This document shows positions 12,903 to 23,687 of a stretch of DNA of 64,000 nt, one piece after another (position 1 is the stretch's first letter; each line of letters starts with the position of its first letter). The translations under genes were made by a program, and so were the position numbers. The DNA is from Eledone cirrhosa (taxonomy: Eukaryota), in NCBI GenBank assembly GCA_964016885.1, contig OZ024741.1, positions 337,776,001 to 337,840,000 of the forward strand, given 5' to 3'. The notes below the pieces were generated by a model. The model made no database searches. It had not been told where the DNA came from and was given only the letters and a program-made list of their open reading frames with translations.

Positions 12903-15900
12903 GCAGCTATGTTTAATTGGTACAAAATATCATATTTAATTGTATGTATTTACAAATAGGAAGAGAGAAAAAAAAGAAAATAACTGGGGCCGGAGAAAAA
13001 ATTAATAAATAAGAAAAAAATAGAAATGAGGGAAAGTAAGAAAGTGACAAACTCTACACTGTTGGTTATATGATACATCTCAGCAACAACCTAATAAGAT
13101 GGTGAAAGTATTGTTGCTGATAACAACCAGTAATACTTGCTGCATCAGTTATAGAGCTCCTTCCTCAGGTGAGATGCTCTTCTAATTTGACAGAAAAAAC
13201 TGTGGTCTGAATACCAAGAACACTGAATGAAGATCTTATTTGGTCATTCCATGAAAGTATCTTGGTCAGCCTATGAACTTTTCAGCAATTCTTCTTATTA
13301 ATAACTGTGTTGTTTCTTTCCAGGGATTAAGTTGAAAAATTTACCTCATTTGCTCATTTAATGAGAGTATCTTGGTCAGCCTATGCACTTTTCAGCCAAC
13401 TCAGTCGGCAATATTAAAGATGATATTTATTTCACGCTCCCGAAATTGTTGACATGGGAATTAATTGAGGTAATTATGATCTGCAATTATGAATTTCAAA
13501 ATGGTTTACTAACCTGCCACATTAACCTGGTCAACAACAGTGCTATCTTTATATAAATTAATTGCAGATCCCTTTTTCTCAAATGTGATTTTAACCCAAC
13601 TGCCAAGATTCTGGAATGCAAAGTGTTTCAAAAATACTTTCAGTCAAAATATTCAGTACTATATTTTATAACATGTAAGAATAAGTAAATTTAAAAGATT
13701 GTTACTCCATGGTATATGATATTGCCTTCTTTTAGACATCAAATGAAAGAAAGGCAGTGAAATGGTAAAATGGTGAGTTGGTAAAACGTTGGATAGAATG
13801 CTTTGTAGTATTCTTTTTGGCTAGCTGTTCTCTAGTTCAAATCCTGCCAAGATCAACTTGCCCCCAGAATACAGCACCCCTATGACTCCCTCAAGAGTGA
13901 TAGGACCATGCATGCATGCCAAATGAAAGAAAGTGTTGAAAGCATCAACATATTGAAACAGAAATACTTTACTTCTCTGTTTCAAAATCATTAATGTGTT
14001 TCAACTATGTTTAAAATCTAACATCTTTTGGTAAATAGGCTAAATGTCATGATTTTGAATCATCCCAGCTTCCTCTTATCTCCCAGTAACTTGAAATCAC
14101 ATTCAGATTACCAGAAGGTAAGATCAAATCAATTTCGAATTATACCTGAGGAGGTAGCTTGAAGATAATTTCATTTTACCCATTATGATTTCAGGTTACA
14201 CTTGATATTAAAAACAAATTTTCAAATAGAGATTTAAAAAAAAAAATTTAATAAAAATATTAGAGATGTGATGGTTTAAAAAACATTCAAACATGTTTGT
14301 GAATTTTATTTTTAATACTTTGAGACTAACTTGCAATGGTGTATGGTTTGTGTGTTTTATGTAATAAACACGTGTTGTAAGCATTAGAAATTATCGTCAT
14401 CACCATCAACATTTTATGAAAGTAATCTCACATTACCAGAATGTCCCTTAATTAGAAGGGGGATAACTTGAAGTAATGTCTTCTTCCACATAATGCTGAG
14501 AGGGTTGTGGGGTAAGCGTCCCCAAACACTCCTTCCAGTGGGTCCTGTTAGAAGCAACCATCTTCAACTGATCTGGTTAGATCGCCAAGGAAGACCAACC
14601 AAGCCCATGGATGTTATCCAACCATCTTGCTCGGGGTTTACCCCAGGATCTCCTGCCAGTTGGTATTGCCAGTAAAATCTGTCCAGTGATTCTTTCCTGA
14701 GATATTCTAACCACATGTCCATATTATTGGAGCTATGATCTCTTGAGTCAGACAAGCAGTGGCTCTAAATGGAGTGACTCTCTGATCTCCAAGCCATGCA
14801 CTCTATCAAGTAACATTACTCCAAAGACACTTCGGAGGAACCCCATTTTAGCCACTTGTATTCGTGATCATATTCTTTCAGTCATTACCCAAGATTCATG
14901 ACCATAGGTAAGGGTTGGCACGAATACCAAATTGAACATAGCGAGTTTGGCTTTTACACTTACCTCCCTTCTGATTACTGAATGCAGAAGCTGACACATT
15001 ACTGCACCAGCTCCTGCAATTCTTGCACTTAATTCAGCCTCCCGCCTTCCATCACTTGTGAACACGGTTCCATGATACTTGAACTTCTCCACCTGCTTAA
15101 GTGGAACTCTATTTACATGTAGAGTGCACTGTGTAGACTTCCTTGAGAGGATGAACCAAAGCTTCAGGAGGCAAATCCTCCCTCCTAACAGGATCCAGTT
15201 CATAATACCTTCTGACAGCTGGGGGCTTGTGAGTATCCCCACTTTTGCCTGTGCAGTCATATCTGGCACCACACCTGAATAGTGGAGTTTCCATCCTCCA
15301 TCCAAATCTACAGTATCAAAGCCATAGAACCTTGTTAGGATGATGTGGTATTGTTCGTTTTTGGTTTCCTCATTATATTGCAGTTTCAGTTTCAGTTTCA
15401 GTGACCTTATTCTGGTACTTTGTTAAACCCACAAAGACTAGGTTTCTTTTAGAGGTGGCCTTTACTTGCCTCATCGTAGCTATGTCACTGGGTTGTGAGA
15501 GTTTTCTTGGAAGCTACAGGTGTCACCCATTGATCCATCACCCCTAATAGTTTACCACTGTTGGTCCGGAGTTGCTTATTCATCTGGGAGTTGCCCACTT
15601 ATATTGAAACTAGCCATCATATCTGGTTGACGTAACACTATCCACCACCTGCAACTTGTTCTCTAGCAGAACAGCTCTGCTAGGAACTTAAAGTTACTAC
15701 ATCTGTATATTTCTGGTAATCATTTTTTTTTATTACTGAATGATGAAAGATAAAGATTAAATCAAACTAATCGAATTTCCCCACCCAACCAAAATTGGTG
15801 GCCTTGTGCCTAAATCAGAAATCATTATTATTGTTATTATTATTATTATTGTTCAAATCCCGCCGAGGTTAACTTTGCTTTCATCCTTACGGGGTCGATA

Positions 15901-18900
15901 AAATAAAGTACCAGTAATGTACTGGGTAATTGCTGGCCTTGTGCCAAAAGTAGAAACAATTATTATTATTATTGTTATCATCATTATTATTTTTATTGTG
16001 CTTCATTACTGCTTTACCAAGCACAGCTCTGTGCGCCTTAGGTATGAGCAGTGTAGTTTTTGCTGCTGTTTCTATTATATTGATAGTACTTTTCGTAATA
16101 TGTGTGCAGTGTCTAGTAGTGCTATCTTTTGTATGTGTATATATTGGTAAGTCATGGGGTTTTGGCTATGTATTTGTCTGTGTGTTTTTTATCATTCCCA
16201 GAGCACCTATTATTATAGGTATTGTTTCTGTTATTATTTTCTACATTCAACTTATTTCTATCTCTAGATCTTTATATTTGGAGAGTTTCTCTATTTCCTT
16301 GGAAGTAGCACCTTCTGTCACATGTAAGACGGATTTGACTATCAATTGAGTCCATTGTGAAGGTTGCCCAACCGTCCTCCTTTAGAGGGGAAGGACAGGC
16401 AGCTTTTATCTGCCCGGTGACCATGGCGAAAGACGTTGTGTGGTCGACGCATTTGAAAGCGTTGAGGACAGCCATCTTCCTCTTCAGTGAAGTCCTGATT
16501 AACTTTTTCAGATTTCACTTGAAGAGGAAGTGCTGCCTTCCAGCCATTTTGTTGAAAGGTGGGTGAGAGTGGCGAGCATGGTCCGTGTGAATGGGCCTGC
16601 CGTAGACTGGAGTAGAAAGACTGGAAAAGGGCACTTTACCCTAGCGGACAGGGTGACTGTAGCTTTTGTGGGATTTCTACACAAGTGACCCTTAGAGTCT
16701 CCCCACCTTTGGGGAAGTTGTTATGTTTGTTTTAAATGTTTATTTTCTTAGTCTCTTTTATAAATTTTATTTTACACAAAAAAAACCCACACTGTATCAC
16801 CTTGTATCGTTTTTAATGTTTCCTTAATATGAGCCCTGTATGGCTAATAAAGAAATTATTATTATTATTATCATCATTATTATTATTATTTCAAATTATT
16901 GGGTTCAAGTATGTCATTTCAGTATCTTTATATCTCTGGAATTCAGTTATCAGCAAAAATTGACCTTTAACTTGAATGTTTGATTAAATAAGTAAAATGT
17001 ATTTCCTGGAATTGACTCAATGAATTGTATAACTTGCCTACAAATTTGTTACTTTATCTTTCATCATTTGGTAATAACAAAGTAATTAACAGAAATATAC
17101 AGATGCAATAATAATGATTATGATTTCTGATTTAGGAACTAGGCCAGCAATTTTAGGGGAGGGGGAAAGTTGATTAAATCGACCCAGTGCATTACTGGTC
17201 CATTATTTTATCGACCCCGTAAGGATGAAAGTCAAAGCCAGCCTCAGCATGATTTGAACTCAGAATGTAAAGGAATGTAACTATATGCCACAAATCATGT
17301 TGTCCGATGCTTCACCAGTACTGACAACAACAATAGTTTAGTAACCAAATAGAAAACACTACAGATAATTCTGTAAAACAATAAAACAACAAAAAAAATC
17401 TAGTTACTTACAATGGATGTCTTTAACGTGACTGGGATTTGAACACCAATAATTTTCATAGTGGCAAGTAGTTCATTGACCCCATTGACACTTTTCACTA
17501 TTACTGAAATTGTTGGTTTTAGATCACAGTTGCCATTAGTAAAAACAGCAACACCTAATGCAGAAGTTTCTTTTACTGACAGGTTCACAGATATTTTAAT
17601 TTTGTCACCAAATGCATTCATAATAAAAGATGGAATGGTTATGTGGGAAGAATTTCCATCAAAATAGGCAGCACCTCTCTGGATTACAACATTGGTGCTC
17701 AAGATAGAACGGCCTTTGGTTACTTCAATAAAGTTGTTCGTCAAGGGAAGATCGATGAGTTTACAGACTGTTTGTATCAGCTCTAAATGTTTTGGTGGGA
17801 AATGATAAAAGAGACATGTATAAGTCAGGTGTTTAGACAAGACAGACATATATAAGTCAAGTATTTAGACAAAACAGACATGTATAGGTCAGGTGTTTAG
17901 ACAGAACAGACATGTATGGTATAAGTGTTTAGACAAAAGAGACATGTATAGGGCAGGTGTTTACAAAAAAGGAAAAAAAAGCAAGAGAATTAAAAGTTTA
18001 TCTGCTTTTATCAGTTACAAGTCAAGCATTGTAAGCTTATGAAGCTTATAATTATTATTTAAATATTGTGCGATAGAAGAGTACACCAGTTGGTTGAAGA
18101 GAAGATTGTATATAATTTGAAAGTCACATGTCACCATTAAGACCTCTGGTATTCTTAGTCTTTAAATTGGGAGGAGTGTATCTTCACCCACATAAGGTGG
18201 AGTGGCTGATGTAGTGAGTATCTCTGGCAGTTCTCAGTGGCAATGTCTTCACCTGTTTTTTGCACAGCTGAAATATACCACTTAGACTGACGTGTAGTCT
18301 GCCCTTCCCTCTCACTGCTGAGATATACCACATAGACTGGTGCATAGAGTCTGTATATTAATTTAGTTAATAAGTTGATGGTTAGCTTAATTACTATATA
18401 GTGATATAACAGATATGTCTATCAACTATTAAGAACTTAATAGAGGTGTATATGAAGAATATATGATATGTTCATATGTAATAAACATACAAGAATCTCA
18501 CTATTAGTGTTTTAAGCTGTGGTCATGTCCCAGCTGTCTCTTCATGTGTGAATGTCAGACACTGGGCGTTTCTGGATTCTTATCCATCATCAGTGAAGAT
18601 TATTCACTTGGTACTGAGGCAAGAATAAGCTAATATCAACTGATCTCATTTAAAAATATTACATAAAAAGTTGTAAGTATCGGTGATAACATTATTGTAA
18701 GTTTCCTAGATACACAATCAAAATTAGAAAATGGAAATTAAAGTAAGTGAAATAATGTATCAGTTATGAAACAATATAATAGAATATAAATAAAGTACAT
18801 ACGACTATTTGGTATCACCTGGACACAGGTACAAACAGTTATGTTAAACATGAATCCTAAGGCACAGGAGTTAGACACACCATCGTTAGTGTACTTCTGA

Positions 18901-19971
18901 GGATCCTTAGCATCGACTTTAAACTTAGAGCAATCTAGGGTGAAAAAAATATATATATAAGTTAATCTTAAATTAAACCAATACACATAAAATATATATC
19001 GATAATGTTTCTCAGTAGAAAGCTCAATAAACTTCTGTTTAGAGCATCTATAGTATAATATAATTGTAAACGATATACACTTACACTTAGATATATCAAT
19101 TGAGAAACAAACTAATATTTTGTACATATATATAGAGGAAATGATATGTAGATTTAAATACAAATTTAAAAACGTGTGTGTATATAGGTATATATGAGAA
19201 GAAGAAGAAGAAGAAGATTTTGTTCATAACATACCTACAACTCCTTTTGGTGGACAGTTTTTATCTGAAACACAACTAGAACTTGTTTCATCAAATGCTT
19301 CATATAGAGGGCAAGTTTGGATATTTTTGTTGAATGCTTTATTGGTACACTTATAGTATTGGTTGCAGACACCATTAACTTTGAATTTCTCTCCAGTTAC
19401 ACAGGCTGCAATAAAATATAATCAATTTAACATTAATATTTATCATCATCATCATTGTCGTTTTAACATCCTCGTTCCCTGCTAGCAAGGGTTGAACGGG
19501 TCTAAATAGATCAAATCAGTACTGAAGCAGTGACTAATGCTCTCCCAGTCAAGCCAGGGATATATATAAAGTTATATAATTAATATGTTGATTTCTTAAT
19601 CATTTAAGATGAGATTAGAGTCAAGGGTTTTGACCCACAATATTACTGATACTAATTTAACTGGAAAGTTGGAAGCAAAATAGTAAAGATGACTAAAAAG
19701 AATTGTCTCTACTTTTGGCACAAGGACAGCAATTATCCCAGCACATTACTGGTACTTTATTTTTTCGACCCCCATAAGGATGAAAGGCAAAGTTAACCTC
19801 AGTGGGATTTGAACTCAGACTGTAAAGGGCCGTAACTCTATGCTGCAAAGCATGGTATCCAACCCTCTACGGATACATCCAATCCATCACCCTAAAAATA
19901 ATAAAAAGGGTTGGTCAATAAACTACTCTACTTCCATACACATATTGATACATGTATAATATATATATATA

Positions 19972-20017
<46 letters not shown>

Positions 20018-22604
20018 TAAATAGATAGATATATCATCATCATCATCATCATCTTCGTTTAACGTCCATATTCCACGCTCGCATGGGTTTGGACGGGAGT
20101 TTTCCCACTTGGGGCAAGAGTGGTTGTCTTGCTCGCATAGGACTGTCTGGCGGGTTTTCTATGGCTGGATGCCCTTCCTAACACCAACCACATTTACAGT
20201 GTGGAACTGGGAGTTTTTTACCGTGTTACCTACACGGCCACATTGCAGCGTGGACTGTGTGTTTTTTTTGTCATGACACCTACACGACCTCATTTGTTTC
20301 GGGCTGGATGTTGTGGTACCAACCTAACTTTACATTGAAAGGGGTGGTGTGGATGGGGTGGGGGTAGTGGGACGGGGGTGTATTTTGTTAGAGGTGCCTA
20401 CTGACTGTAGTAGGTTTCACTTTGCACTTAGGTAAGGAGGGTCTTCTCTATTACTGTGTAGCGCCAAAGATCTCGGTCCAGTGACATTGTCTTGGAGAGG
20501 TGTAAGTGTGTGAGGTCGGAATTTATCAAGTCATCCCAGGTTTTTCTGGGTCTGCCTACTCCGTAGCTACCGTCTATTTTTATTGCCCTGCACTTTTTTA
20601 TACAGCTGTCGTCTTTCATGCGCATCACATGACCATACCAACGTAGTCTTCTCTCAAGTAAACAACATCTGATCCCTCTTATTTCTAATTTCTCCCTTAG
20701 TTCGTTTATGCTTTGCCGTTCACGTATATTACTATTACACATCCAGCGGAGCATGCAAGCTTCGTTTCTCTCCAGTCTGCGTATATCCTCTGCACACAAT
20801 GCCCAGGTCTCACTGCCATGTAACATTGCTGTTCGTATGCAGGCATCATACAGCCTGCCTTTCATTTTTAGAGAGAACCCTTTAGCGGCCAATAGTGGTA
20901 TAAGCTCTCTGAACTTTTTCCATCCAGTTCTGACTCTAGCTACTGTACTTTCAGAGCACCCTCCCCCACTGCTGATTTAATCACCCAGGTAACGGAAGCT
21001 GTCCACTCTTTCTATAGAACCATCTGTGCAATGGAATGAGTTAGTATTCTGTGGGGACTTGCTGCTACTTATTGCACCAGAGCACCAGCCACATATAAAA
21101 ATCTATATTCTTAGTTAGCTTACCTGTAATCCCACTACATCTTTTATGTACCCATACTTTGCATTTGGGACATAAAATGGAGTTTCTACCTACTCCTTTC
21201 CTACACACTGAGCATGGCCATTTTCCAGATGGGACCGGTGCCCTATTTTCCTTCCTACAAACTAGAACTTTAGTCTTAGACAAGTTAACTTTAAGGCCTT
21301 TTGATATATATATATTATACATGTATAATATATATATATATATATAAAACATGAGAAGAATGAATACTGCGTGGTTGCACATGGGTTACATATGATAAAA
21401 ATAGTCCTTCATCAGTGATTTTCCAACCTTCATTGGTATTTCATCGCTTTAAAAATCATATACCTCCAGTTGGTGCGAGCAATAGCTAAATAAAGCTATT
21501 GGGACAAGTAAATCGCGTAAAGCGAGCGAGACAAGTAAACAAACATAGAAGGATAGCAATGCAAAGATAGGAAAAAACAAGCACATGGGAGTCCGATCAG
21601 CTTAAGCTGTGTGGATTTCATGGGAGAGAGACAACAGACCGTGCGACGCGAGTGAGGTGTGAGCAAGAAAGGACCCCACTTCAGGCCAAACGGGAGGAAG
21701 TGAGAAGGGGAGAAGCAGAGAGTGATTGAGTGGAAGTGCGAGGAAGAGGCGAGTCGAGAGAAAGTGTAACTGACAGAGGGGGCAAAAGAAGGTGAGTGAA
21801 ACAGAGAGAGAGGGAAGCGGTAAGAGAGAAACAGACAAACGCAGTTGGGGAAAATATATATAAAAAACATGAGAAGAATGAATACTGCGTGGTTGCACAT
21901 GGGTTACATATGATAAAAATAGTCCTTCATCAGTGATTTTCCAACCTTCATTGGTATTTCATCGCTGTCAACAGTCAATCATTTCATTCTGACATCACTA
22001 GCTCTGTTCTCCATGTGTGTTTATTATCTTAATTCCACACAATTATTATCTATAATTTCAGCTTCTATAATATATATAATTTCAGCTTCTATAATATATA
22101 TAATTTCAGCTTCTATAATATATATAATTTCAGCTTCTATAATATATATAATTTCAGCTTCTATAATATATATATAATTTCAGCTTCTATAATATATATA
22201 ATTTCAGCTTCTATAATTTTCGACGAAAGCAGGGAGTGCGTGGCTCTGATGAACACCAACCAGCGTGAAACAGACTGTTAGCTTCTGTCCCTTCTTTCGC
22301 CAAAAAGAAGTAAGTGACATAGTCACTACTTTAAAACCGATAGCGAATGGTCTTCAAAATGTTTTAATTAAACATATGATATATTGCCAAATATACTATA
22401 CATACATTCATATATATATATATATTGAAATGGACCGTCTAACCCATGCTAGCGTGGGAAATGGACGTTAAACGAAGATGATGATGATGATGATGATATA
22501 TTCATATATTTATGCATAAAAAATGAGAAAACTCATCTCTAGAACAGTCATTAAAACAGCTAAATGCTGTCAAAGACAGCGTTCAGCAAATATATATACA
22601 TATA

Positions 22605-22646
<42 letters not shown>

Positions 22647-23615
22647 GGAGGTGAGTTTTATTGTAGTACAATAAAGCAATGCAGATATCGGATAAGAAGC
22701 ACTCTACAGTTTGTGGGACTGGAGTATGCATAATATAAGATCAAAAGATGGTTAAAGGAGTTCCATATATTTTATTATGCGCATTTCAAAATATGATATG
22801 TTGATTTAAAACTGCACTATCCACAAGTGTTTTTTAGCCTTCATATCATGTTCTCCTGTTTTATCTGATGAAAACACAAATATTATTGCTTGATAATGTT
22901 TGTTTTTGAAATGCGCATAATAAAATATATGGAACTCCTTTAACCATCTTTTGATCTTATATTATATATATATATATCTGTGGTTTTGCAGTTCTTATGA
23001 TTTTCAAAAGTAAAATTGAGATGAAGTGTTTGTGTTTCTAAATAAATATTCTTAAAAGACTCCAGCTGCATTTTCAATTTCTCTTCCTTATATATATATA
23101 CATACATACACATACACACATCAATTTGAAAAGCTTGCAAGTATATTATGTATAAAAAAAATAAGAGACTTTTTACTTACTTGCATTGCATTCCACTAAA
23201 TTCGCATGGTTGCAATTTTTAAATCTATCATCATAAAGTGTTCCCAAGCCACATGGCATTTCCAAAGCTTCTGTAATGTTGCCACTTATATAACAGTTGA
23301 TATATTTATCACATCTGTTTGGATGTGGGTAAAATCCTGAAGTTTCACTCTCTGCTAAACATTTTGAACAATAGGCTAGGTAAGAGAAAAAAGAACAGGA
23401 AAAATCTCAGTATTTGAAAGATATGTATACTCATTTTAGATACACTCAATAATTTATGATTTGATTTGTCAGAAAATATCAATTAGGGTATTTGAGATAT
23501 TGTGGTGAAAGACAAATTTAAAATATCTTGAGCCACAATGATTGTTTTAACCCTTTTGTTACCAAGCCACCTGTGACTCACCTTGTTTCTATAATATAAA
23601 ACTGTTTATTTTAAT

Positions 23616-23687
<72 letters not shown>

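Noticed and set aside
18090-18140. TGAAGA...GAAA...GTC motif on plus
   Set aside because: Stem II register and stem III do not pair convincingly
22051-22217. Regularly spaced repeats resembling a CRISPR array
   Set aside because: Tandem units without unique spacers; eukaryotic context, no cas genes
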